A stretch of 55,953 nt of DNA, counting the filler, from Jimgerdemannia flammicorona (taxonomy: Eukaryota), in the NCBI GenBank assembly GCA_003990765.1. It is 3 parts of 3 records of this genome, joined end to end, with 100 filler letters (N's around TTAATTAATTAA, not from the genome) between each part and the next. Parts side by side here need not be neighbours in the genome. Positions count along the whole stretch, not along the records: positions 1 to 18,587 come from RBNJ01002170.1; positions 18,688 to 37,272 come from RBNJ01002171.1; 1 more part is not named here. One strand, 5' to 3'. The position numbers and the translations under genes were made by a program. Shown here in pieces: positions 13,583 through 25,169 of this stretch. The notes below the pieces were generated by a model, which saw nothing but the letters and a program-made list of their open reading frames with translations, did not search any database and had not been told where the DNA came from. Numbering within the stretch: position 1 is the first letter of the stretch; each line of letters opens with the position of its first letter.

Positions 13583-14945
13583 TCACTTAATGAATTTACT
13601 AGCAAAAGCGTCATGATAGATCCGTTTTTTCAGACACTCGACCGCTCTAACGGTCTTCGGACGCATCTGGTCCTCCGATTTCCAATACCCGCCCGACAAC
13701 AATTTTGTCCAGTTCCAGCAGATTGGGCCAGACCGCGGTCGAAGTTGAGAGAGTGCATCATCTTGTCAATGGAGACAGGCCTCAACCATGAGACCAGCCT
13801 TCCTTGCGACTGTGTTAAGCACCTCAAGAGCTTTGAGCGTCATGCTGGTTGAAAGCGTCGCCACCCGTGCCGGCATCTCCATCGTTCCAAGAATTGCCGA
13901 CGATTAGACGCCGGAAGTTGCTACGTTCTTGACAATTGTCGTTTGTGGGTCTTGAAATACGTGGGTGTCGCTGGAGAATGCGACGGTACAGCTCTCAATT
14001 TTTTTTATTTAAGAATAATATGGTATTTTATGATACAGAAATATTTCTATTTAAATAAAAATATATACAATACTTGAATGATATTCTTTTATTATCTATC
14101 ATTATATATCTTGCTCTTATTATGTTATTTATTATTATTATTATTATCTATTTAATTTTAAATTATCAAAATATAAAGAGTTGAAAAATCATTAGATAAT
14201 AAATTAAAATTTTAGTCAATTTTATCTTGAATATTAATTAAAGTTTATTATATTGTTTATAATATTAAAAGAGTTAATTTACATATATTAAAAAGAGTAT
14301 TTTAATAATATATTTATTTAATATTTTCTATTTTTATTTTTATTTTTATTTTTATTTTTACTCTTTAATAATTTGTTATAAAATATATATTATAAATAAA
14401 TAGCTTTATAATTTTTTTAATACTGTCTTTAAGTTTAATATACTGTTTACTAATATATCTTATTTGTTATTATAATAAAGTTTCTTTCTTAATAGTATTA
14501 CTGATATCCCAGCTGCTACTATTATTATGAATCCTTTTTTACATACATCATGCATGTGGCCCATTATGCAGCTCATCCCAATCTTTTGGTATTTTAAATT
14601 CTTCATAATCTGCTGAAACCTCTCACCCATGCCTTTTCGCTGCCGAGACCTCTCTCTGATGAGCCATCGCAACCTCCAAGCAGCCAACATGGCAAAAATC
14701 GGGCGTGTGCAATGTACGCGAGGTTCCATACAGCATTGATCGCACGTAACCCGCCTGCAATAGCTTCGTTGACGGATTCCATATCGCACCGAATTTCGGC
14801 ATTGAATTGAATGGTGTAACGCTTGGTCTTTCGCTAAAAATCATAGTAACATTTAATATAAACCCACTCGCAGTGGCCGACCCGCTCATTCACCAACAGC
14901 CCTCCAAATTTCTCGTAAACGCCAAGTAATTATAGGTACCGGAAC
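13583..14945 (-). pseudogene. Decayed protein kinase (TKL-like) pseudogene interrupted by an AT-rich insertion
   Basis: Ordered frameshifted fragments resemble kinase subdomains: *LLGVYEKFGGLLVNE (IV/V, ~14885-14935), EAIAGGLRAIN (VIa, ~14735-14770), EM..TGGDAF (IX, ~13850-13885), YWKSEDQMRPKTVRAVECL (XI, ~13630-13690), stop at 13583. No intact HRD/DFG was seen. Confidence 0.45.
13998..14610. mobile_element. AT-rich degenerate insertion
   Basis: Sharp compositional boundary at ~13998; very AT-rich and CpG-free; separates the putative kinase fragments. The right boundary is approximate. Confidence 0.45.
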
Positions 14946-15677
14946 TTTGAAAGAGGCAACTCCGACGTGGAGCAAACAAAAAGTAAAACGGGGGGCATAT
15001 CGTCTTGACAGGGCGCACTTTACCGCTCCTTCGGCCGGATCAGATGCATCGCCCGTTCTGCCGGGCGTGAATTTCTTTTTCTCGGTTATACATACTCTTA
15101 TCCCAAATCCAGGTGCGAACGCGCAGAAATAAATAAATAAATAAAAACATCCGACAACACCGACATCTATCAAATCCCAGCGCAGACAATATCGTCGATG
15201 CGACGAGATAGCTCCGCTCTCGCGGGCGGACAGAGCCGTTCGAACCCGTAGCGGGGATGAACGTATCGTGTGCTACGACGCCGGGCCCGTCCGGATCAGT
15301 TGTTATCTCGCGGGATCCCTGTGTACACCGGGTGTATGAGAAACATACACAGGTATCCGTATCTTATATACGTAGTTATTTTATCAGTTAGGCTAATGTG
15401 CGCGCCTTTTGGCGTAGAGCCGGTTGCGTTTCCGATGAATTTTATTATTTTTTGAAGATTCGCAACATTCTGTTGAGAGTTTTTTTTTTTTTTTTTTTTT
15501 TTTGGCGCCACATTCTGATCTTGTGGGCTTCTCTAGAACGTGTAAGGTCGTTTCTTTGTTGGCTTTGCCACAACATTTATTAGTATGTATGAATGCCTTT
15601 ATATCAATAATTCAAAATCGCCATCGGAGAACCAAAATAGAGCGATTCGAATGAGAGCAGCGGTACACAGTGCCCGA

Positions 15678-17265
15678 TCAGAAGAATTCGCTACCATCCT
15701 CCTCGCTCTCGCTCTCCTCACTCTCCTCGCTCTCCTCGCTCTCCTCGCCCTCCTCGCCCTCCTCGCCCTCCTCGCCCTCCTCGCCCTCCTCACTCTCCTC
15801 ACTCTCCTCACTCTCCTCACTCTCCTCACTCTCCTCACTCTCCTCACTCTCCTCACTCTCCTCGCTCTCCTCGCTCTCCCTCCTTTCCTCGCTCTCCTCG
15901 CTCTCCTCTCCGGACGAACCCTCCTCACCGCTATCCCATTGCATCTCTTTCATCGCTCCAGCCTTGCGGAGCTTCACCTGCTCCTTCATGGGGGATTTAT
16001 CTACGTGGGATCCGGGCCCAATATCAGACACGATTTGTCAGCTTTCAGTGAAAACGCCACACACGATGTCGAAAAATGAGCGTGCAGTCTTTCCAATCTC
16101 AAAAGCACACATGACTACTCACGATACAGCCTCTGCTCGGCCGGCATCCGCTCCTCGGAGGATGCGTATTCGTCCACAGCACGAAGGATCCGCATTCGAT
16201 CTGGTTTGGCAGAGCATTCCAAAGGGATGCGGCGGAGAGCTGTTAGCAACGGAACAAAGAATCCAGCGGTTCATCATTGTACATCTCCCCGTGCACCATG
16301 GGAAACCCAAACCTAAGGTCGAGAAACGTACCGCATATGGTCATTATCTTTTGCGATTCGTACAATGCCGACAATCGTTTCGACGCCGTCTCGATCACTC
16401 TGTGGGATCATCAAATGGCGTCAGATATCAACAACCCGCCTGGTAGGATCACATACACAGAAAGGCAACCAACCCCAAATCCGTGGTATTCATACCTTTC
16501 CGGGAAAATCCTGGCGAGTGAGGCCGCGTTGAGCACCGTGATCCAGTCCATGGGTATGGATCGGCTCCTGAAAGCCCCGGTTTCGTTGCGGATGCTGTTT
16601 TCGTTGCGGAGATGGTGGCGTGTCGGAGAGATCGCCTCGTGAATGTGCCCGAGAACACACATTCTCTCCCGATACAAGAACAAACTCGTGCCAAAACCAT
16701 TAGCCATATCCGTTACCAATTCCACCAATCCCATTCTTACCGCGTCTGGTTGTTCTTCAGCATGTGTATCACCACGGCCAGTAGGTCGTGCAACGCCTCT
16801 GCCGCCTGCTCGCCGAACCACTGCCTCTCGATTCTCGTAGCCTTGTCTTCTTCCACATCCTCATCGCGGGACCGTTTGCTTCCTTTCCTGAACCGTTCCA
16901 CAATCGCCCTGGCCTGCGCCCTGAATTCGCCGTCGTGATCGGGTTCTTCCAGGTTGGAGGGACGGAGAAGTTGGGCGGCAAAGGTGGGTTTTGGCGGGAG
17001 CAGGAGGGAGGTACGGGTGGCGGATAATTCGTCGTCAGTGTCGTTAACGGAGACGTAGAAGCGATCGGATCTGAAGGGGATGGGCGTTTGGGGGGAGAAT
17101 GTAGGGTAGGAAAAGTCAGCAGTCAGTGGGAATAAGGTGTTTGGTTTGGTATATAACAGACCTTGGTAGTTCGTCAGGTAACAGCGGCCATGGTGGGAAT
17201 TGGTTATATGTAATGAGGTTGGGGTTGTTGAGGTTGTTCTTGACAAAGAGCAAGATAGGGTCCAT
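15678..17265 (-). CDS. Rrn9-like protein (putative Pol I upstream factor family) with an acidic ESE-repeat tail, ~6 exons
   Basis: Spliced model MDPILLF...FPPWPLLPDELPR|SDRF...MDWITVLNAASLARIFPER|VIETASKRLSALYE...(ESE)n...EFF*. The WPL and DWxxVLxAAxLA...VIxxAxxR segments resemble fungal Rrn9-domain proteins. GT-AG introns keep the frame. Confidence 0.55.
15700..15910. repeat. 9-bp coding tandem repeat (ctctcctca/ctctcctcg/ccctcctcg)
   Basis: About 20 units; encodes ESE/EGE on the minus strand. Confidence 0.95.
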
Positions 17266-17441
17266 AGTGACTTAGGGGGACGAAGAGCAAGAACTTCCTT
17301 TTGTGGGTGACTCGATTTTTGAAACCTCCGTCACTTTCCTTTGGAAATAAAAAACCCTCCGGTTCCCTTCCCCTACTTTTCTGTCCCCTTCCCACCCTAC
17401 TCCACCCCCCTCCACCCCCCTCCCACTCTAGTCCAATCGCA

Positions 17442-18496
17442 ATGGTCCGCCTAGTCTCCTCCCAGGAACTCGCACAGCATAATACCCAGGAGGTATGCCA
17501 GTACCAGTAGTCAAGCTGTCCTCCCCCTCACCACACCGCACCACACCACCCCACCCTCAGACGCGTCACCTCTCTCTTTGCCTCCACAGGACTGCTGGGT
17601 CATTATCCATGGCAAGGTCTACGACTTGACAAAGTTCCTTCCGGAGCACCCCGGTGGTATCAAAGTCATTACCCGCTGGGCAGGCCAGGACGCCACTCCC
17701 TCCTTCGAGTCCATTCACCCTCCGGACATCGTCGACCACTACCTCGGTCCCGAGGTCTTCATAGGCGAGATCGACAAATCCACCCTCTCCGTCACCAAGG
17801 TCGAGAGCGAAGAAGAGAAGCAACGCCGCGCCGCCCACGCCAAGAAGCCCGCGCTTGACGAAATGCTCAACATTTTCGACTTTGAAGGTATGTTGTTAGG
17901 GTGAATCTCGAGGGAGATTCATATGGAAGATGCCCACGGCCGTGACGGTGAACACGTATTTGGATGTACGAAATGGCTATATGTGAAGAGGTATGGAATT
18001 CTGGTAACCAACACCCACAACACCCCTTCTTCGTAGGCGTTGCCAAGCAAGTCCTCAAACCCGACGCCTGGGCGTACTACTCCTCTGGCGCAGACGACGA
18101 GATTACGCTCCGGGAGAACCACAACGCCTTCCATCGGCTCTGGCTTCGGCCGCGTGTGATGGTGAACGTGACCAACATCGACATGAGCACGACCTTCCTG
18201 GGCACGAAGACCTCGATTCCCGTCTACATCAGCGCTACCGCCCTGGGCAGGCTCGGTCATCCGGAGGGCGAGGTCGTTCTCACCCGCGCCTCCCACTCCG
18301 AGGGCATCATCCAAATGATCCCCACCCTCGCCTCGTGCTCGTTCAACGAGATGATCAACAACCGTGGTCGGGGACAGGCTCAGTGGTTCCAGTTGTACGT
18401 AAACAAGGATAGGAAGGTTACAGAGAAGTTGGTGAGGAACGCAGAGGAAAAGGGCGTCAAGGCCTTGTTCATCACCGTCGATGCCCCTCAGCTTGG
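17442..18496 (+). CDS. CYB2: L-lactate dehydrogenase (cytochrome)/flavocytochrome b2, 3'-truncated by an assembly gap
   Basis: Cytochrome b5 domain ([23 protein letters not shown]) followed by an FMN alpha-hydroxyacid dehydrogenase ([52 protein letters not shown]). Exons start at 17442, 17590 and 18037. Confidence 0.93.
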
Positions 18497-18587
18497 TGGG
18501 TCCCTCTTTGATCGATTGTTTATCATACGTGGGAAGGCCATAAGAAGCCAAACCTCATTTGGCTAAATTATCAACCCCTCCCCCCCC

Positions 18588-18687
18588 NNNNNNNNNNNNN
18601 NNNNNNNNNNNNNNNNNNNNNNNNNNNNNNNTTAATTAATTAANNNNNNNNNNNNNNNNNNNNNNNNNNNNNNNNNNNNNNNNNNNN
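18588..18687. other. Assembly gap with artificial TTAATTAATTAA spacer
   Basis: 100-nt N run with a six-frame-stop linker in the middle. Confidence 0.97.
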
Positions 18688-18762
18688 AAAAAAAAAAAAA
18701 AAAAAAAATCCATAATAATGATTCGATCGCAATCCAGTTAACTCCACCCGTCGATTATGTGC

Positions 18763-20246
18763 CTAGACGCGCATTCCCCGCACGGTTAAACCCCTTCCGG
18801 CGCTCAAGCCGACGCTCCTACGAACCGCACTTCCACTCGCTCCCGCACTCCCACCGGGTACAACCTGATCGTCATCCTCTGGCGTCGCGGCAGTTATGGA
18901 CGGTGTGGCTGGCGTCACTCTTCTCGTGGGAGTCACCGGCGCCGCGGGAACCATCGCCAGCATTGTGGACGACTCTCCTACTGACAAGGGCGTCAGCGTC
19001 GGCGTCGGCGACGAGGGTACCCTGCGTTTGCTATCTTGAAGTTTCTTGAGCCTCGGACTGCGTCGGAGCACAGGGACGACACTGATGCTCGATATCGGCG
19101 TTCCGGGAATCTGAAGGGATGGGACGTGGCGTCGCGAGTACGAGACAACGTTGCCTAATGCGTTATTAGATGGATTCTCGGAAAAGAGAATGGCACGCGG
19201 TGGATTCGGGAATGACAGGGAACGGCGTCGACGGTTTGTGTAAGGACGGGATGGATCTATGGCGTGATGCCTGCTGAGGGAGAGAGAGAAGGGATTGTTT
19301 ATGGTGTTGTTTGTATCATTATTAAAATTACTTTTTTTTTTTTTTTTTTTAACTAAAAAAAAAAAAAAAAAAAAAAAAAGCGCAACAAGTACACACACAA
19401 AAATAAGTTCATCAATACCTGTTCTGTCTCCGTATCGGTCCACCACCAGCCTCCCGTTGCTCGTGTTCCTCACGCTCGGGCTCTGGGCTGCTCCCTTCCG
19501 ACCTAGTCAAGCTAGGCCTCCTCGACAGAGATGAAGTCCCGCGAGAACCAAACGAGGACCCTGCGTCCGCAGCGTGGCGCTTCTTGATCAGGTACCGGAC
19601 GCGCGAGCGGGTGGCCTTGAGGCTGTGTGCCCACTCTTTCACTTTGCTATCGGATCGCTGTTTGCGGCGGTACTTCAGGATGGCCGCCCTCGAGATCTGC
19701 TGACGCGTTTGCTGTGGAGGAACGATGCTGTGTGGCTTGTGAGGAGGTGGCGGCGGAGAAGCCATTCTTGTCGGGGGGGTAGTTGCTGATTCTTGCGAGT
19801 TCGCGGCGGCGTTCTCTATGAAAGTCCGTGGATTCGTGAAATCGTCATAGGCCTTTGTTGAAAATAGGTGTGTCCAAGAGATTGTCAATGCCATTGTGAT
19901 GCTTGAAGAACGCTTGGCCCTGTTACTTCTGACAAACGATGTGATATTAATGGCCTCGCTAACTTACTTCCAACAGAACACCATCTTGGTCGGAGGTCCA
20001 GTCAGCATCAGTAGGCACTCCGTCGTCACCTTCGTCGGACGATGTGGACGACATGGACATGGCGCCTAGGCTATTTTCTGTGGAGAGGACGGCGCGCCAA
20101 TCCATCACCTTGGATGGTGGTGTGCAGGGTGGGGAGACTTGCCTACTCTGGACCGGTGTCGTTTCCCTCCATCTGTGCTGTTGGGATGGCGAAGGGCCGA
20201 TGTTTGCGAGTATCGAATGCTGGCTGTTGGAATTGGTACGTTGCAT
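18763..20246 (-). CDS. Hypothetical low-complexity S/P/R-rich protein, probably 3 exons
   Basis: Three consecutive minus-strand open segments (20246-~19967, ~19900-19419, ~19272-18763) separated by GT-AG intron-like stretches; no recognisable domain. Confidence 0.55.
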
Positions 20247-20680
20247 GGTGAGGTGGGTGTGTGGTGTATTCGTTGATCGAAGTTGGCTGCGGATGGCGCA
20301 AAAAGAAGGGGGGTTGCAGCGGACAGTTTAGATAGAAGTAGGGCAAGAGGGAGGGTTTGGAAAAAAGGTATTTGGGTGGTTCCTTCGGCACAACGCGCGC
20401 GCGAGACAGTCAGTCAGTGAGGAGCAAGTCGCGTCGAGTGTGGCGAGGTCCCACGAGCGGCCTTGTCTGCTGCGACGCGTATGATGATTTCGGCAGCGAA
20501 TCAACGCCTGACGATCAGATGACCATCGTCGAATCAAGCCCAGCCCACTGCCATATGAGGTTATATGGATTTTTTAATTACCCAAAGAAAGGTAGTTAAC
20601 AAAATGACCTTGAAATTGCTGTCCCTCCTACTATACCACATCGCAGATCCGCTTCAAAAAGCGACCTTGATTATCAATCT

Positions 20681-23600
20681 TTACACCGGCAAATGTACAA
20701 ACAATGTCATCGCCTTCTCTTTCACCTCTTCGATCGAGTTCACCACCGCCGGGCCTTGGGGCCCATTCTCCACCGTATACATTGCCTTTCCGAAATCCAT
20801 TATCCTCAGGCTGATTTCCTTCGGATCCGTCGCCACCACGCCCGACCGCCCAAACAATGCCTGGATCCGATCTACCAGCGCCGAGATCGAATCCACCTCC
20901 GCCAGATCGATATCTCGCTTCTGATTGGTCGCCTTGTCGATGCATCGGATCAACGTCGGCTGCGGCCCTGTCTTGACCGAGCGAACGTAATAATTACCGT
21001 GCGCAGGGGATTGTGCTTTCCAGCGGACCATGGAGCCCGACAGAGTTGTGGGAGGGGTGGCGGCGGGCTTGTTCGTGGCGGGCTCGATCCGTAGCGTGTT
21101 CGTGGCCGGATTGAAAAGATTCGTATTGGCGAGGGCCGGATTGAAAACACTGAGCGCGATGATGAGGCTACCAGCGGGACGAAGAACCATGCAAAGACCA
21201 TTCTTTTGGATCATCACGGCCTTTGAAGGTTTGTAAATAAAGCAAATAGTTAATTATATATTTTGTTACGAAAGCTAATCCAGATCAACTCGACTCCGTT
21301 TGTAGATACACAAAGCGAACCTTCAAACTTACAATTTGTGCCCGATTCATAGCGTTTAAGATACGGATAAACCCATCATGATTTGCAGAGTCGTCCGGAC
21401 GCGTCGCAACGGGTACAAATCCCACAAGCTGGCCATTTCCTAGTCCGTTCTTGTGGTTTCGGAACAGCTCGGTCGTTGCGTCTACATGCGAGGTTCCAGT
21501 CACTACCAGCGTCGGAACAGGGAACTGCCGAAATATAGGGCTAAAATATATGGTCAGCCAACTATCGTAATGACATCATGGGTGTGTGGGTAAGCTCAGC
21601 CAATACCAGATCAATATACTATACATACCACTCACGATTAGACGCTACGACTTCGTTATTTTCCCCATACAACAACGGGAACGAGTACACCTTGCATTCC
21701 ACCGCTTTGACCGCCTCCTTAACTTCCTCCCCACCCGTCAACCCCAACATGACCCCATTCACGACCGGCCAAGCAAATGCGCCATGCCAAATCATGGGAT
21801 TCTCCCCGCTATCGGGGCCGACCGGGATGGAGTTCAGCGGTGGCGATGGTCCAAGACCCTTGGGTGCGCGGAATGGTCCCGGTAGCCCGCGGGTAGTATG
21901 ATCGTTCGAGAGCTGGAGGTAGCGTGCGTACTCCACGCTCGCATGTTCGACAAGGTTGGAGACGACGATCTGCAGGGGCTCTGGCGCTATAGGGTGGTGG
22001 TGTTGTTGTTGAGGAGGTTGTTGTTGAGAAGGTTGTTGTTGAGGAAGAGGTTGTTGAGGAGGAGGTTGTTGAGGAGGAGGTTGTTGAGGTTGTTGTTGTT
22101 GAGGAGGAGGTTGTTGAGGAGGTTGTTGGCTAGGGGGTATTTTCCGTGGACGACCGCGTTTGCGTGGCCCCCCGGGTCGTGCGAATCCCGTGAAATACGC
22201 TTTGTTGCCGTTTGCTTGCTGCGAAGAGGCTCCGGTTGGGCCATCGTCCTCAACCATAATAAAGTCCGCGCCATCATTCGCGCCACGCTGCGCGTCCTTT
22301 TCTGCGCTCCGACTAATCCAATTATTCTCCGCCGGCGAGGTCACAAATGGGTTCTCATCGCCCCGTATCGGTCGCTTTCCTTTTCTGTCAATGGTTCTCA
22401 AGTTATCTGGCTCGTTGGAAAGCGAACGCAGAGTAGTTAGCTCATCCTCTGTCACCACTGGATCATTGTGATGATCCATCTTCGTCTTTTTACCCCTGCT
22501 CCCGCCCTCATCCGTCGAGGCCCGCTTGCCGGACGAAGACGGCGTTCGTCGAGTTGGCAAGGGCGCTGAACGGATGGCGAATTTCGCCGTTCCGGGTGTT
22601 TTAGTTGAGGTCACCATAGGCGAAGATGCATTTGCACTACCAATGGAAGCAGAAACCGACAATTTTTTTACGGAAGTCTTCTTTATCTTCTTGGCCGTCC
22701 GTTTCGTCCATGCATCGTAGTCCTCATCCAGCTCCTTCCAATCATTCGTACGCAGTACCTCGCTCCTTTTTGGTTGGCGCTCCGTGGAGCCCATCACCAC
22801 TCCAAGTTGCGGCCATGAGTAATAGTACCGCCCCGCAAGGTCCTCGAGATCGACCGTGTACTCAGCATTTTTCTTGTTTTTGGGAACCCACACATAAGGG
22901 TCCTTATCGATCCCCGAGTCGGCATCCAAATTGCGACGACGGAAGAATATAGTTCCCGTGAATTGAATTTTTTGCATCTCCATATTTTCGTAAATAGATC
23001 CAATTTCAAGGAATTCCAAGTTCTCGTTGTCGCCAGTGTTGCTACTCACAGACCCCGCCGCATCGTCATTCTTCCTCTCAGATGTCAGCCTAATCATATC
23101 CTTAATCATAACCTTCTCGGCCCCCAAGTAAAGCCCCTGATAATGCGGGAACGGCTCCAACTTCTGCAACCTCTGCCGCTCCTCCGGATCCGAAATATTT
23201 GCGAGTCGATGCTGATCCTCCTTATGTGCGTACTGCCCGATGGGTGTGAATGTGTGTACGATCTGGGTCGCAAGTTGCACGCTCTGGATAAACAGATGGC
23301 CTATGTGCTCGGAAGATAGTTCAGCCAGGTTCACGGGCAGTTGCTGGCTATTCAAGACGGCCGACGGTGCTTCATCGACCGGAGGCAGCTCTGGGACGTA
23401 GGCGAGCCAGGGCAGGAGTTGCTCCTCGGTAAACATATGCTCGTTGTCGAGGATGAGAGAACGTAGCTGGTAACAGGGCGTTGGAAGTTCGGCGGGTACG
23501 ACAGAAGGAGTCTTGTTTTGCTGCGTTTCCGGCGGAACGTGTTTCAACACGATGGATGGCCACAGCAGTCCTTCGTTCCCTGTTGTGGCAGGCACGGGAG

Positions 23601-24677
23601 CCGTGCTGCTTCCTTCACCACCGTTCGCATTCATAAACGCCGGGATTTCAACAAACGCCCACACAATCTCCCCCGTGCGGAACGACGGGCCGTCGATTTG
23701 GATCTCGGCGTCCGTCGAGTCGAGCGACATCGCGCCGACGCGTTGCTTCTTGATCGACTTGGGCGTGACCACGCCGGCGAGCGTGTCTTGGATCCTGACG
23801 AGAGAGGGGCAGTACTTGCACGTACAGTCACGCGGATCGCGGCTTGCTACAGTTGCAAGCCAGACGAGGTGTGGGAGGAATTCATTGGGAGAGCGGAAAC
23901 GTTGGCCTGTAGGATGGCCTGTTTTGAAATGAAACAATGTAGTAAAAAAGTGAGCTCGACATCTTTGATTAACATTTGTCGTGAGTCGTGATGCACGATG
24001 AGCGTCCAGCTGATGTGTACCGGTCATCGGCAACCAATCCATACCGTATATGGCCTGTAGTTCGATCCCGCAAACATCTTAGTCTTCCAGTGCATTACTC
24101 ATAAGCTCTGCCCCAGTACAGTTGACCCTATCCAGTACATACCAAAGAGATACGTATCACGTCTCGCCGGCACATTAGTGATAGGGCAGAGTGTCGGGTG
24201 AGAGTCCTTCGACGGAGTATCGGCAGCGCCATCGGCCTTCTTGGCTTTTGGTACAAAGTAATGACAAAAGAGCTTGTAGCCCCTGGGGAAATCCGAAAGA
24301 ATATATTGGCCAGACGATTTTTCCGGACCGGTGCGTTTCTTGGGCGTCGAGCCCTCGGCGTTGGGGTTGGGGTTCGGATTCGGATTTTCATTCGCAGCCG
24401 TGTCGATCTCAAGTTTAGCCAGTTCGTCGCCGAACTTTCCCAGCCACATGAGGCGCACGGGCTCATCATTGTCGTAGGCTCGGAAGTAATTTAGCTGGCC
24501 GTCTGGTCTGTAGAGTTTGGTGATGGAGAATTTGGGATGGTGCTCCTCCACCCCATCGCTGAACGTAGGCGGCTGAAAGACCTTCGCAGCCGGAGGAGGG
24601 GCTTTTGCAGTCGATTTCTGTTTGGCTTCCAGGTTCTGAGGTGATTTGGTATGGTTGGGAGTTGAGGTGCCCTCCAT
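20681..24677 (-). CDS. clr2: Cryptic loci regulator 2 (Clr2)-family chromatin silencing protein with AT-hook and extra C-terminal domains, 4 exons
   Basis: Clr2 N-terminal signature YILSDFPRGYKLF..RRDTYLFG|HPTGQRFRSPNEFLPHLVWL..DCTCKYC; FRTGEIVW..WP; Clr2 C-domain YQGLYLGAEKVMIKDMIRL; AT-hook RKRGRPRK. Exons 24677-24143, 23917-21629, 21540-21333, 21220-20681. Confidence 0.82.
22001..22128. repeat. Coding ~15-bp repeat (QQPPP/QQQP tract) inside clr2
   Basis: Repeated gaggaggttgttgtt-type units. Confidence 0.9.
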
Positions 24678-24689
24678 GGGAGCAGAGAA

Positions 24690-25150
24690 ATGAACACGCG
24701 ATTGAAATGTATGCCGAGTGTACAGTTCACTTTTCCCGAGTCACGCGCCCACCCTATCTCTCTGGCGAATCACAACCCGCGTTTCATGTGCTGCTAAATG
24801 GCAACAAGGGCTGCAGGAGAAAAAAAAAAGGATTCTTTTAAGATTCTTTGCTGATTAATTCTATCTGCCCTAAAATGTTTTAACCCTTTTAAAAAGTGAA
24901 CAGGTATGTATAAATATATTGATAAATTCATTTATATATAATTTGGGATATTGGGTTTGTTATGAACTCAGAATTTGAGTGACGTAACGACAACTGTCTC
25001 TGCGATCGTGACGCAACGCGATGATGAGATCACCCGTTAGACTTAGATGGTTAATGACCATTGCTATAAATGACGCGCGCTCTCGCATTCCACGCTCTTC
25101 ACTCCTTCCTTCCACACCCGCAACCCAAAACACGCGACAATACGCGACAA
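24690..25150. promoter_or_regulatory. Divergent clr2/RNR2 promoter with clustered MCB-like ACGCG motifs
   Basis: ACGCG cores near 24696, 24743, 25017, 25073, 25132 and 25142, plus CGCGT at ~24778. Confidence 0.5.
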
Positions 25151-25169
25151 CAGCTTATTCATCACAAAC

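Noticed and set aside
14640..14725. Second hammerhead-like string on the + strand (CTGATGA-GCCAT...ATGGC-AAAA)
   Set aside because: GAAA is replaced by AAAA and no convincing stems I/III or cleavage triplet form; likely chance within the kinase pseudogene, though a decayed copy cannot be excluded.
15205..15255. tRNA B-box-like GTTCGAACCC
   Set aside because: No cloverleaf, good A-box or acceptor stem could be built.
15585..16446. Plus-strand Leu-rich and Ser-rich ORFs and the minus-strand Arg-rich ORF
   Set aside because: Shadow frames of the 9-bp repeat; the spliced ESE frame is the plausible coding one.
18632..18643. TTAATTAATTAA palindrome inside N runs (also 37317-37328)
   Set aside because: Artificial scaffolding spacer; gap sizes and adjacency across the gaps are uncertain.
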